Of a stretch of 64,000 nt of DNA, positions 36,964 through 46,270 are shown piece by piece. Made by a program: the position numbers and the translations under genes. Source of the stretch: a virus; IMG/VR virus record IMGVR_UViG_3300045988_126140, positions 69,599 through 133,598 of that record; one strand, 5' to 3'. Within the stretch, counting starts at the first letter, position 1; every line of letters starts with the position of its first letter. The notes below the pieces were generated by a model. The model saw only the letters and a program-made list of their open reading frames with translations, was not told the origin of the DNA and ran no database searches.

Positions 36964-37110
36964 ATGAAGAAAGTATATTATAGCTTATATTTAGTAACAG
37001 AAGAAAGCGAAGAATTTTTAGCAAAAGTAAAGTCAAAAGGTCTTGCAATAAGAACTAAAATGTTATATAACAAAATATATGAAGGCAAAGGAAAAATAAT
37101 TATTAAATAG
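36964..37110 (+). CDS. hypothetical small protein (48 aa)
   Basis: Not in the ORF track. Has SD GGAGTG, its own promoter, and a stop inside a hairpin followed by AGCTC. Confidence 0.55.
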   Translation: MKKVYYSLYLVTEESEEFLAKVKSKGLAIRTKMLYNKIYEGKGKIIIK

Positions 37111-37182
37111 AGGATTTTAAGCCCTCTAGCTCAAGCTATCGAATGATAGCAAATTATATTAATAAAAAGGAGATATAAGATT

Positions 37183-37347
37183 ATGAAAAATAAAATGTTA
37201 TTTGTATTAGTGTTAGTATTAGGAATTGTTATATTTAAAAATCAAATATCCATAGCATTGATGTATGCAGTTGACTGTATAGGTTATGCATTCAACATTA
37301 ATGTGGTTGATATTATTGATTTGCTTAATACAATATACTATTTATAG
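37183..37347 (+). CDS. hypothetical small membrane protein (54 aa)
   Basis: Not in the ORF track. SD AAGGAG and a hydrophobic N-terminus. Confidence 0.5.
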   Translation: MKNKMLFVLVLVLGIVIFKNQISIALMYAVDCIGYAFNINVVDIIDLLNTIYYL

Positions 37348-37396
37348 TATTAAGCAATGATGGCAAAAATAATTAATAAATTTTTTAAAATAATTA

Positions 37397-37425
37397 TTGA
37401 CAACATCTAAATGATAGTATATAAT
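37397..37425 (+). promoter_or_regulatory. sigma-A-type promoter
   Basis: TTGACA-17-TATAAT. Confidence 0.7.
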
Positions 37426-37458
37426 ATTAAGTATAAGTAAATAAAGGAGTTGGTTTAA

Positions 37459-37806
37459 ATGACTAAAAAAGAAAAAAATATATTATTAGAAGAATATGGA
37501 TATCAATATCAAATGGAACAACTAATGGATAAGGATATTAGATTTTATAAAAATCTATTAGACAAATTAGGACTTCATAATGACAGAATAAATATAGAAA
37601 ACGATGTTTATTATATGGAAAATGAATTGAGTACTGTAAAATCCCATGCCTATGAAAGCCTTAATGATATAATTGAAAAATACAATGATGGTAAAAGAGT
37701 TAACGTTGAAGTCATGGAAATTTATTTAGAAGAAATAAAATATCAAGCTACTAATGATGATAAAAAATATATAGAAAGCAGTAAAAAAATTATATTAGGA
37801 GAATAA
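37459..37806 (+). CDS. hypothetical protein
   Basis: 115 aa helical ORF. SD, promoter and a stop in the GGAGAA..TTCTCC hairpin followed by AGCTC. Confidence 0.7.
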   Translation: MTKKEKNILLEEYGYQYQMEQLMDKDIRFYKNLLDKLGLHNDRINIENDVYYMENELSTVKSHAYESLNDIIEKYNDGKRVNVEVMEIYLEEIKYQATNDDKKYIESSKKIILGE

Positions 37807-37860
37807 TTTTCTCCTAAGCTCAAGCTATCTAAATTATAGTGAATAATATTAATAAAATTG

Positions 37861-37889
37861 TTGACTTGTTGTAAATGATAGTATATAAT
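37861..37889 (+). promoter_or_regulatory. sigma-A-type promoter
   Basis: TTGACT-17-TATAAT. Confidence 0.7.
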
Positions 37890-37924
37890 ATTAAATATAG
37901 AATAAATAAAGGGGAGTCGATAAT

Positions 37925-38422
37925 ATGAAATATTTTGAAAGTTGTAAGAGTAAAGAAGACGCAAAAAAATTATATAAAAAATTAGCTTTCCAATATCATC
38001 CCGATAAAGGCGGGGATGTTGAAATAATGAAAGCCATCAATAATGAATTTGATGACTTTATGAAGAACTTTAGAGAAGAAAAAAAAGATAGTAAAAAAGA
38101 ATATGAATTTACGGCAACTACATATAGAAACCTTATAGAACAATTAATAAAATTTGACGATATAACCATTGATGTAGTAGGCTGTTTTATATGGATAACT
38201 GGCAACACTTATCCAATAAAAGAAGAATTAAAACAATTAGGATTTAGATTTAGTAAAAATAAAAAATCATGGTATATTGCGCCAGAAGAATATATGAAAA
38301 ATAGAGTCAATTATAAGAAAAAATACAGTATGAATGAAATAAAAAATAAATATGGATGTACTTCTATAAAATCAAAAGGAGGATACAAGAAGGAAAAAGA
38401 TAATATAATAATGATAGGATAA
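37925..38422 (+). CDS. J-domain (DnaJ-like) protein, paralog 1
   Basis: KKLAFQYHPDKGGD carries the HPD motif. C-terminal LKQLGFRFSKNKKSWY block is shared with 42715..43569. Confidence 0.75.
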   Translation: MKYFESCKSKEDAKKLYKKLAFQYHPDKGGDVEIMKAINNEFDDFMKNFREEKKDSKKEYEFTATTYRNLIEQLIKFDDITIDVVGCFIWITGNTYPIKEELKQLGFRFSKNKKSWYIAPEEYMKNRVNYKKKYSMNEIKNKYGCTSIKSKGGYKKEKDNIIMIG

Positions 38423-38497
38423 ATAATTAATAATACTGCTTATAAGAACATAAGCAGTATAGCTCAAAATGATTATATAAATTATTAATAAAAACTA

Positions 38498-38527
38498 TTG
38501 ACAAAAGATAGTAAAATATGATATTAT
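38498..38527 (+). promoter_or_regulatory. sigma-A-type promoter
   Basis: TTGACA-18-TATTAT with TG extension. Confidence 0.6.
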
Positions 38528-38568
38528 ATAATCATGATAAAAATAATTAATAAATAGGAGTGGTAAAT

Positions 38569-39078
38569 ATGAATAAAAAAACATTATGGACTATATTAGG
38601 TATAACAAGTAATGCTATATTTCTAATAGGATTATTATTAATAATAGTATCATTTAAATATGATACTCATAAAGAATATGCATATACAGAAATGACTAGC
38701 ATAAACATACAAAAAGATGACAAAATAATAGCTAATGAACGTCCTCTTGATGATAGTCAAGAGCATGACAATAGAGTTAATAAAGATAATAAAGATTATG
38801 CTACTAATAACACTAGTGATTATGTTATAAAAACAACTACAAAAAAATCTACATACAATAATAATAGCAAAAACAATAGTAATGATAATAAAAACTATAG
38901 TAACACTAATACTAATAATACTAATAATACTAATAATACTAATAATACTAATAACAATAATAACTATACAGTTGAATATACAAACACCAGTTATTGTGGA
39001 TTTTGTGGTAAACAATTAAATAACAACGATGGTATTTGTGAAACTTGCAAAGATATAAGAAGTAAATTAGGAGAATAA
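38569..39078 (+). CDS. membrane-anchored Asn/Thr-rich protein with C-terminal zinc ribbon
   Basis: ATG 38569 after AGGAG. N-terminal TM helix, an (NNT)n tract and CGFCGK..CETC. Confidence 0.65.
   Translation: MNKKTLWTILGITSNAIFLIGLLLIIVSFKYDTHKEYAYTEMTSINIQKDDKIIANERPLDDSQEHDNRVNKDNKDYATNNTSDYVIKTTTKKSTYNNNSKNNSNDNKNYSNTNTNNTNNTNNTNNTNNNNNYTVEYTNTSYCGFCGKQLNNNDGICETCKDIRSKLGE
38914..38949 (+). repeat. 9-bp tandem repeat (AATAATACT) x4 inside CDS
   Basis: Four perfect units encoding NNT repeats. Confidence 0.85.
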
Positions 39079-39134
39079 TTTTCTCCTAAGCTCAATACTA
39101 TCATTTTGATATTGAAAAATAATTAATAAAACTA

Positions 39135-39163
39135 TTGACAACTTATGAATGATAGTATATAAT
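39135..39163 (+). promoter_or_regulatory. sigma-A-type promoter
   Basis: TTGACA-17-TATAAT. Confidence 0.7.
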
Positions 39164-39202
39164 ATTAAATATAAGTAAATTAATAAAAAGGAGAATGATA
39201 TT

Positions 39203-39517
39203 ATGAATAAAAAAGAATTAAGAACAATAGTAAAAGGTTTAGAAGGATATAAAATAGTTTTAACAAAAGAAGAATATAGAAAAGAAGGAAGAAAAAACTT
39301 CCCTAAAAATCCTTTAGAAATAACTGTTGAAGAAATAACAAGAGAAGAATATGAAAAAATATTCTCTAGTGTAAACTTCTTTATTGAAACATTTGGAGGG
39401 ACTGAAAGAATTTATAAAAGTTATACTTTAGCAGGTTATATACCTACTAAATTAGTAAGTACAAGTCCTAATAAAGAAATTAAAATTGTAAGAAGAATAT
39501 CTATTGAAAGATATTAA
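39203..39517 (+). CDS. hypothetical protein
   Basis: 104 aa. SD AAAGGAG. Stop TAA abuts the 15-mer. Confidence 0.7.
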   Translation: MNKKELRTIVKGLEGYKIVLTKEEYRKEGRKNFPKNPLEITVEEITREEYEKIFSSVNFFIETFGGTERIYKSYTLAGYIPTKLVSTSPNKEIKIVRRISIERY

Positions 39518-39574
39518 AAATAATTAATAAAGTTATTTATAATGATGACAAAATCATATATTATATAAATATAA

Positions 39575-39610
39575 AAAGGTTTACTGGTTCATCCTTTAAA
39601 AACCAGTCGT
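39575..39610 (+). ncRNA. covarying stem-loop with conserved 11-nt loop (copy 1)
   Basis: AAAGGTTT ACTGGTT cATCCTTTAAA AACCAGT (stem 39583..39589 / 39601..39607), followed by the 15-mer. Confidence 0.5.
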
Positions 39611-39681
39611 AAAAATAATTAATAAATTTTTTAAAAAGCTTTTGACAATGATAATAAAATATATTAATTGGAGGTTTTAAA

Positions 39682-39918
39682 ATGAACAACAATTTAATAA
39701 GATTAAGAAGTTTAATAGGGAGCGAATTAGATTATGATGATATAATTTGTGCAATGATAGATAAAGACGAAGAAGTAATAATCGATAACGTAAATCGTAG
39801 TAGCAACTTTGAAGAATATGGACTTTGCAATTTGTATCTAGTATATTACAACGACCCAATAAGTAGGACATATGGCATATGGGTTGATGTTGATAATATA
39901 ATACGTGTAATATCATAA
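39682..39918 (+). CDS. hypothetical protein
   Basis: 78 aa acidic ORF with SD GGAGG. A mirror ORF on the minus strand was rejected. Confidence 0.6.
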   Translation: MNNNLIRLRSLIGSELDYDDIICAMIDKDEEVIIDNVNRSSNFEEYGLCNLYLVYYNDPISRTYGIWVDVDNIIRVIS

Positions 39919-39989
39919 GGGCGTTAAGCCCTGGTTCTTAGTCATCAAAATGATGACAGAATATATTAATATTTTGGAGGTAATAATAT

Positions 39990-40220
39990 ATGCGTATAGA
40001 AGGTTATATATTGGACTGTGATAATAATAACTTAGCTAATAGCGTATTAGAATATTTAAAAAGAAAAACAAATAATTTAACTTATAAATATGAAGAGGAT
40101 ATTTACAGTTTATTTGTAAAAGGTGATATAGTATCAAATGATACAGAAATATATATTAACAATTTTATAGATTTTTTAGAAAATAATAATATGTGTTTTA
40201 TGGGTATGTTTGGGGAGTAA
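39990..40220 (+). CDS. hypothetical protein
   Basis: 76 aa ORF with SD GGAGG. Confidence 0.6.
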   Translation: MRIEGYILDCDNNNLANSVLEYLKRKTNNLTYKYEEDIYSLFVKGDIVSNDTEIYINNFIDFLENNNMCFMGMFGE

Positions 40221-40343
40221 TTCCTCAAGTTCTAGATTGTCTAAAATGATACTAAAAATAATTAATAATACTGCCTATATTTATAGGTGATATTGCTCAA
40301 AACTATCAAATGATAGTAAATAATATTAAAGGGGATGGAATAT

Positions 40344-41168
40344 ATGAACGAATTACAAATAAATAATAAATTAGTTGCTACTATACCAAGTTACGAAATT
40401 GCTAAAATGATGGATAGAAGACATAGCGATGTATTAAGAATGTTGGAAGGGAGTGAAAAACCTAAAGTTATCGGAATAATACCAGTTATAGAGGAGAACG
40501 TAGAACTACACTTATCCGATTATTTTATTAAATCTACATTCATAACAAGTCAAAATAAAAAAGTAACTTGTTATGAATGTACGCGAATGGGTTGTGATAT
40601 ATTAGCGAATAAAATGACAGGTGAAAAGGGAATATTATTTACTGCGAAATATGTTAAACGTTTTAGAGAGATGACAGAATATATTGATAATCAAATACAA
40701 CAATTGTCACCAGAAGACCAAGCTGTATTAAATATAATAAATGCAAATGATAAACTTGATAAAGCATTAGCCATAAAGGATTACAAAGATATCATAGAAA
40801 AGCCTTTATTGCAAGAAATAGATAAAATTAAACCATTAGCTCAAAAATTTGAAGCATTTTTAAAAGATGATGGATTAATTGATATAAATACATTTGCTAA
40901 AACATTAGGGATAAAAAATCTTGGAAGAAATAATATGTATAAATATCTTAGAGATAATCACTACATAGATAAAAATAATTATGCTATGCAGAGATATATT
41001 AATCAAAAATTATTTATTCTTAAACCAAGGGGGTATAAAGAAAATTATTATGGTGAGCGTATGCTAATATTTAAAACTTTTATAACTAAAAAGGGATTGG
41101 CTTATCTATTAGGAAAATTAGTCGAAGACGGATATATAACTTTTACAGATGATAATAAAAATAATTAA
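40344..41168 (+). CDS. antirepressor (Rha N-terminal domain plus KilAC/ANT C-terminal domain)
   Basis: LVATIPSYEIAKMMDRRHSDVLRMLE is Rha-like. C-terminal INTFAKTLGIKNLGRNNMYKYLRDNHYI is KilAC-like. ATG 40344 is better spaced from the SD than 40335. The stop lies inside the 15-mer. Confidence 0.7.
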   Translation: MNELQINNKLVATIPSYEIAKMMDRRHSDVLRMLEGSEKPKVIGIIPVIEENVELHLSDYFIKSTFITSQNKKVTCYECTRMGCDILANKMTGEKGILFTAKYVKRFREMTEYIDNQIQQLSPEDQAVLNIINANDKLDKALAIKDYKDIIEKPLLQEIDKIKPLAQKFEAFLKDDGLIDINTFAKTLGIKNLGRNNMYKYLRDNHYIDKNNYAMQRYINQKLFILKPRGYKENYYGERMLIFKTFITKKGLAYLLGKLVEDGYITFTDDNKNN

Positions 41169-41179
41169 TAAATATTATT

Positions 41180-41206
41180 GACTGGAGTTTTATCCAGTCT
41201 TTTTTA
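41180..41206 (+). terminator. intrinsic terminator
   Basis: GACTGG..CCAGTC, then TTTTTTATT. Confidence 0.75.
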
Positions 41207-41679
41207 TTGTCTATAAAATGATAATGATTTTCATTAACATTAAATATTAACTCCAGAAGTTATTTTTATAAAAGCTCAATAAAATCAACCTCTTAAACGC
41301 CCTTCTAAGGCGTTTTAAAATGATTAAGGTATAAATACCTTGTAGGCTATCGAATTCCTTTATAATGGATTATATAGGATATTTTATATTTTTATCTATA
41401 ATTGATAATACTTTTCATTTATATATTTATTCTCATTTAAAAATGATACTAAAATATATTAATTTATGAATTGATAATAAATATCAAATAAAATTATTTG
41501 TTATTGAGAATAATAATCATAACTATAAAAATTAATTTATATATAAAATAATATATTTTTAAAAAAATTTATATTTATTATTGATTTATAAAATTGAATA
41601 TGATATTATATAATCATAGTAGTAAATAAAAAGTTTTAAAAGATTATAAAAATAATTAATAAAATTAATAAAAAAGCTC

Positions 41680-41708
41680 TTGACAACGATAGTTAAATCA
41701 TATATAAT
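41680..41708 (+). promoter_or_regulatory. sigma-A-type promoter
   Basis: AGCTCTTGACA-17-TATAAT. Confidence 0.7.
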
Positions 41709-41740
41709 AATATTAGATAATTAAATAAGGAGTTGATATT

Positions 41741-42253
41741 ATGTTAAGTTTACAAAAAGCAAATAAAATATTGGAATTAGTTAAATCAGAAGGTATAAAG
41801 CTAGATAATATAAAATTAATAAAAGATGATAAATTTTCATATAGTACAAATGGTGTGATAACAATTCAAAATTGTAATTTTAACATAAATTCTAAATGGT
41901 ATGAATTTATGATTAAATACTTAGAAAAAGAATATAATTTAGACTCTAATGTTTATATGTTTTATGACTTTTTAGAAACATTTTCATTTTTACATGAGGT
42001 AGGGCACGCAACACAAGGATTAAAGAATAATGAAAAATATGATGATGAATACTTTTTATATAAAAATACAATATATAAAAGTTATGAAGAAGCTTACAAA
42101 ACTTATAGAAATTTGACACTAGAAAAACAAGCTGATAAATTTGCGGTATCATTCATTAAAAATCATAAACTTGAAATCTGGGCAATAATGAATGATATAA
42201 GTGTAAAAGAGGCTGAAGAAGAGTCTCAATTTTGGGAAACAAATTTATATTAA
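41741..42253 (+). CDS. putative zinc metallopeptidase (HExxH)
   Basis: FLHEVGHATQG contains HEVGH. 170 aa. Family not resolved. Confidence 0.45.
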   Translation: MLSLQKANKILELVKSEGIKLDNIKLIKDDKFSYSTNGVITIQNCNFNINSKWYEFMIKYLEKEYNLDSNVYMFYDFLETFSFLHEVGHATQGLKNNEKYDDEYFLYKNTIYKSYEEAYKTYRNLTLEKQADKFAVSFIKNHKLEIWAIMNDISVKEAEEESQFWETNLY

Positions 42254-42278
42254 TCCTAATAGCTCGAGCTATTAGGAT
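42253..42278. repeat. perfect 26-bp palindrome ATCCTAATAGCTC|GAGCTATTAGGAT
   Basis: 13-bp arms with no loop, centred on CTCGAG. It overlaps the last base (42253) of the stop codon of 41741..42253 and contains AGCTC. Confidence 0.85.
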
Positions 42279-42313
42279 AATTATAAAAACAATTAATAAA
42301 TTTAAAAAAGCTC

Positions 42314-42342
42314 TTGACAAAATAAAATGAAGTGTGATATAA
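42314..42342 (+). promoter_or_regulatory. sigma-A-type promoter
   Basis: AGCTCTTGACA-17-TATAAT with TG extension. Confidence 0.7.
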
Positions 42343-42375
42343 TTAAAATATAAAATAAATAAAGGAGTTGATAAT

Positions 42376-42651
42376 ATGAAAACAAATAGAGATAGAATAT
42401 TAGAAAAATTAAAGAAGGAAGGGTTTATAATAGGTTGTTATGACAGTAATATAGATAAATTAAATTATAACAACATTAAAAAAGTACTAGACGATATTCC
42501 TTTTGGAAGTACTGATATACAAGTATCCCTAAATAGAAAAAAATACATTGTCGAAGTTTCTGATGTAGACAATGAGTATGATTTTAAAATGACAGAAAAA
42601 AACACTTATTTAGACAGATATGGAGATGATGAATATTATGAAAAATGGTAA
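42376..42651 (+). CDS. hypothetical protein
   Basis: 91 aa. SD. Stop in the hairpin AAGGGA..TCCCTT followed by AGCTC. Confidence 0.7.
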   Translation: MKTNRDRILEKLKKEGFIIGCYDSNIDKLNYNNIKKVLDDIPFGSTDIQVSLNRKKYIVEVSDVDNEYDFKMTEKNTYLDRYGDDEYYEKW

Positions 42652-42714
42652 GGGAATTAATCCCTTCCAGCTCTTAAAAATAATTAATAAGATAATTGAA
42701 AGGGGACAAATGAT

Positions 42715-43569
42715 ATGAAATATTTTAAAAATGTAAACTCTTTAGAAGACTTAAAAAAACAATTTAAAAAATTAGCTTTTAAACATCATCCAGATAGAGG
42801 TGGAGACGCTGAAATAATGAAAGCTGTCAATAATGAATATGATATGTTATTTCCTATTTGGAAAAATAGAGATAATATAAAAACAGAGGAAACAGCAGAA
42901 AGCACAAGAAATGAATTTTATACTGCAAATGGTTGGAAGGGTGACAAATATAATAGAGATTTAGATATTAAAACAATAGCAAAATTAGTTAGAAAACAAT
43001 TAAAAGAAGAATTTCCAGATTGTAAATTTAGTGTTACAAAAAATGAATTTTCTGGAGGTTGTAGTTTAACTGTAATTGTAAAAGAAACTCCTAAAAGTGT
43101 TTATGCAAATGATGATAAAAATATAATCAATTATGATATATCACCGTATATCGAATATCCAGAATTATCAATATATGGTAAAGAATTAGTTATAAGAGTT
43201 TGGGAAATAATAAATCAATATAGATATTCTGATTGTGACTATCAAATAGATTATTTTGACGTTAATTTTTATCCATCTTTAAACCTTGGTAATTATGATG
43301 AAACAGTCAAAGTGGTTGAAAAAGTTAAAAAATCTAAAAGACAAGAAAAAAATAATAAAAATAATAATAAATTTGATATAATAGAAAACCTTGAAAAAAA
43401 TGGAATAGAATTATATTTTGAAGGTAAACCATCAGAAGATTTTAGAAATATGTTGAAACAATTTGGATTTAGATGGAATAGAAATAAAAAATGTTGGTAT
43501 GCTAAAAGAGATTCAGATATTTTAATAGTATTTGAAAATTTACAAAATCAATATAAATTAATAGGATAA
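42715..43569 (+). CDS. J-domain (DnaJ-like) protein, paralog 2
   Basis: KKLAFKHHPDRGGD carries HPD. C-terminal LKQFGFRWNRNKKCWYAKR block as in paralog 1. Confidence 0.75.
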   Translation: MKYFKNVNSLEDLKKQFKKLAFKHHPDRGGDAEIMKAVNNEYDMLFPIWKNRDNIKTEETAESTRNEFYTANGWKGDKYNRDLDIKTIAKLVRKQLKEEFPDCKFSVTKNEFSGGCSLTVIVKETPKSVYANDDKNIINYDISPYIEYPELSIYGKELVIRVWEIINQYRYSDCDYQIDYFDVNFYPSLNLGNYDETVKVVEKVKKSKRQEKNNKNNNKFDIIENLEKNGIELYFEGKPSEDFRNMLKQFGFRWNRNKKCWYAKRDSDILIVFENLQNQYKLIG

Positions 43570-43574
43570 TATTA

Positions 43575-43608
43575 TAGGTTTATTGGTTTATCCTTTAAAA
43601 ACCAGCAT
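43575..43608 (+). ncRNA. covarying stem-loop with conserved 11-nt loop (copy 2)
   Basis: AGGTTTA TTGGTT tATCCTTTAAA AACCAG (stem 43583..43588 / 43600..43605), followed by the 15-mer. Confidence 0.5.
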
Positions 43609-43675
43609 AAAAATAATTAATAAATTTTTTAAAAATTCTTGACAATGATAGTAAAAATAATTAATAAGATAGCAC

Positions 43676-43705
43676 TTGACTTTTATATGGGTTGAGTGCT
43701 ATAAT
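43676..43705 (+). promoter_or_regulatory. sigma-A-type promoter
   Basis: TTGACT-18-TATAAT with TG extension. Confidence 0.65.
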
Positions 43706-43732
43706 ATAATATAAGATAACTGAAAGGGGAAA

Positions 43733-44227
43733 ATGATGATGAATAATATTAAAAGATTCTTAAAATTATTAAATGACGAAACAATAGAAGGCAAAATAAT
43801 AGACTGCTATTGCACTCTTCATAAACAAGCATGGTATGATGGAAAAATAAAAACTAAAATAGTACTAGATTTAAATGGAGTAATAACAGCTACAAATGAA
43901 GTAAAAGATAATCAATTACTAATAATAGAACTCAATGAATATGTAGAAGTACCAGAGACAGAATTTGGTAACATTGAATTACAAGATGATTATCAAGAAT
44001 TTGTAAATTATCTAATGGAAGAATGTGAAGAAATATTTGAAAGTGATATAGATAAACAGCAGTATATTTGGGATAATGCAACATGGAATGAATATAAAGA
44101 TTTCAATGGATTAGGTTATGAGGATGAAGAACAATATGTTTGGAATTATATTTGTGATATGGAAGATGCAGATTTTATATATAATGTTATATCAAAATTA
44201 ATAAGCCAACTAGAAATGATGGTATAA
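43733..44227 (+). CDS. acidic hypothetical protein (paralog of 45645..46193)
   Basis: Shared N-terminus (K/E)(R/K)FL..LND(E/D).I.G.I..Y..LH...W.DG.IK..I.L..G. Very D/E-rich C-terminal half. Confidence 0.7.
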   Translation: MMMNNIKRFLKLLNDETIEGKIIDCYCTLHKQAWYDGKIKTKIVLDLNGVITATNEVKDNQLLIIELNEYVEVPETEFGNIELQDDYQEFVNYLMEECEEIFESDIDKQQYIWDNATWNEYKDFNGLGYEDEEQYVWNYICDMEDADFIYNVISKLISQLEMMV

Positions 44228-44303
44228 ACTATTATATGGTAGTATGGAAATATCTATACTACCATATAGAAAAAAGATAATAAAAATAATTAATAAATAG
44301 CTC

Positions 44304-44333
44304 TTGACAAATATATCTACAATGATATATAAT
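44304..44333 (+). promoter_or_regulatory. sigma-A-type promoter
   Basis: AGCTCTTGACA-18-TATAAT. Confidence 0.65.
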
Positions 44334-44365
44334 ATAACTATAATAATAAATAAGGAGTTGATAAT

Positions 44366-44617
44366 ATGAAACAATGCACAGGAGATTATTTATATAAAGG
44401 TTTCTTAATTAATTTTAGCGAATACGACCAAGCTTGGAGATTAGAACCTACATTACAATTAACAGGAGATGATTCCGACACAGCAATAGATTTTGCTATA
44501 GAGTATAACAATGATAGTAAAAAATTTAGAACTATCAATCAAGCTAAAAGATATATAAAAGATAATTACAATGAATTAGTATTAGAAATTAAAAAATTAT
44601 ATGAGGATTTTAAATAG
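44366..44617 (+). CDS. hypothetical protein
   Basis: 83 aa. SD AAGGAG. Stop in the hairpin GAGGA..TCCTC followed by AGCTC. Confidence 0.7.
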   Translation: MKQCTGDYLYKGFLINFSEYDQAWRLEPTLQLTGDDSDTAIDFAIEYNNDSKKFRTINQAKRYIKDNYNELVLEIKKLYEDFK

Positions 44618-44664
44618 TCCTCAAGCTCAAAAGTCAATGATGATAAAAATAATTAATAAAATCA

Positions 44665-44694
44665 TTGACAAATAATAACATAACATGATATACT
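44665..44694 (+). promoter_or_regulatory. sigma-A-type promoter
   Basis: TTGACA-18-TATACT with TG extension. Confidence 0.65.
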
Positions 44695-44723
44695 TAATAT
44701 ATAAAATTGATTGGAGGAATTAA

Positions 44724-45575
44724 ATGATGGAAAAATACATTAAAAGTCCGATGAATTACACAGGGGGCAAAGGTAAATTATTAAGTCAAATATTACCACT
44801 ATTTCCAAAAAATATAAATACTTTTGTAGATTTATTTACAGGTGGTTGTAATGTAGCAGTAAATGTATCAGCTAATAAAATAATAGCTAATGATTTATGC
44901 ACTCAAGTAATAAATACATATAAAGGAATACAAAATAATACTACAGAAAAAGCTATCGAAATGATAGAAAAAATAATTAACGAATATGATTTAAGTAAAG
45001 AAAACAAAGAAGGTTATTTAGAATTAAGAAAAGCTTACAATGATGGTAATAAAGAATGGCATATATTCTATACTTTATTAGCTTATTCATTCAATAATCA
45101 AATTAGATTCAATAAAAAAGGCGAATTTAATATGCCTTTTGGAAAGGGTAGAAGTAGTTTTAACTCAACTTTAAAAAAGAAATTTGAAGACTTTTCAGAC
45201 GCAATTCATAATAAAAATATAAAATTTACAAATAACGATTTTAAAAAATTAAATATAGATAAATTAAAGAATGATGATTTTGTATATTTAGACCCACCAT
45301 ACTTAGTAACAGAAGCTACTTACAATACAGGTTGGAATGAAGAAACTGAAAAAGAATTATTATCATTATGTGACAGATTAAATGAAAAAGGTATAAAATT
45401 TGCAATATCTAATGTATTAGAACATAATGGAAGTAAAAATGAAATATTAATAAACTGGAGCAAAAATTATAATATAAACTACTTAGATTATAATTATTCA
45501 AATTGTAATTATCATAAAAAAGATAATGGACATAAAAGTATAGAAGTTTTAATTACTAACTACAAAAATAATTAA
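44724..45575 (+). CDS. dam: N6-adenine DNA methyltransferase (Dam/D12 class), orphan
   Basis: N-terminal NYTGGKGKLL..FVDLFTGG and catalytic VYLDPPY. No adjacent restriction gene. The stop lies inside the 15-mer. Confidence 0.8.
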   Translation: MMEKYIKSPMNYTGGKGKLLSQILPLFPKNINTFVDLFTGGCNVAVNVSANKIIANDLCTQVINTYKGIQNNTTEKAIEMIEKIINEYDLSKENKEGYLELRKAYNDGNKEWHIFYTLLAYSFNNQIRFNKKGEFNMPFGKGRSSFNSTLKKKFEDFSDAIHNKNIKFTNNDFKKLNIDKLKNDDFVYLDPPYLVTEATYNTGWNEETEKELLSLCDRLNEKGIKFAISNVLEHNGSKNEILINWSKNYNINYLDYNYSNCNYHKKDNGHKSIEVLITNYKNN

Positions 45576-45583
45576 TAAAACCC

Positions 45584-45612
45584 TTGACAATGATAGTTAA
45601 ACATGATATACT
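45584..45612 (+). promoter_or_regulatory. sigma-A-type promoter
   Basis: TTGACA-17-TATACT with TG extension. Confidence 0.65.
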
Positions 45613-45644
45613 TAATATATAAAAATAAAAAGGTGGTTGATATT

Positions 45645-46193
45645 ATGAATAAAACTGAAAAATTTTTAGGATTTTTAAATGATGACAAAATATTTGGTGA
45701 AATACAAGAATTATATCACGAACTACATCTAAATTTATGGACTGACGGTCATATAAAACATGATATAATATTAACTATAGACGGAGATGTTGAATATACA
45801 AGTTATATAGGTAATCAGTCTAGAATGGATGTATATGAAGGTGATGCAATACTTATATGTACTATGGACGAATATCCAGAAGTATTTGACGAAGATTTAG
45901 GGGAATTATCAGAAGTTGATAATTATAATGAATACCTTGAATGGTTAGAAAAAGATGCTAGAATCAATTATGAATATGAAACAACAGAAGAAGTTAAAGA
46001 GCATATTGAAGAGTATGCTGACGACTGGGAAAAATATTCAGAATTTGATTTAATAACATACGAAGAACAGCAACTTTTAGTTTGGCAATTTAATTGTGAA
46101 CAATACGACTGGGATTATATAAACGATAAAATTTATCAAAGAATAGACGAGTTAGAAGAAATAGGGGAAAATTACTTTAAAAGAGGGTTTTAA
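45645..46193 (+). CDS. acidic hypothetical protein (paralog of 43733..44227)
   Basis: ATG 45645 after AAAGGTGG; the ORF-track start at 45603 lies inside the promoter. D/E-rich C-terminal half. Stop in the hairpin AGAGGG..CCCTCT followed by AGCTC. Confidence 0.7.
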   Translation: MNKTEKFLGFLNDDKIFGEIQELYHELHLNLWTDGHIKHDIILTIDGDVEYTSYIGNQSRMDVYEGDAILICTMDEYPEVFDEDLGELSEVDNYNEYLEWLEKDARINYEYETTEEVKEHIEEYADDWEKYSEFDLITYEEQQLLVWQFNCEQYDWDYINDKIYQRIDELEEIGENYFKRGF

Positions 46194-46241
46194 ATAACCC
46201 TCTAGCTCAATCAATGATGATAAAAATAATTAATAAAATTA

Positions 46242-46270
46242 TTGACTTATATAATATAGTATGTTATATT
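46242..46270 (+). promoter_or_regulatory. sigma-A-type promoter
   Basis: TTGACT-17-TATATT with TG extension. The -10 region is duplicated by the 26-bp tandem repeat. Confidence 0.55.
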
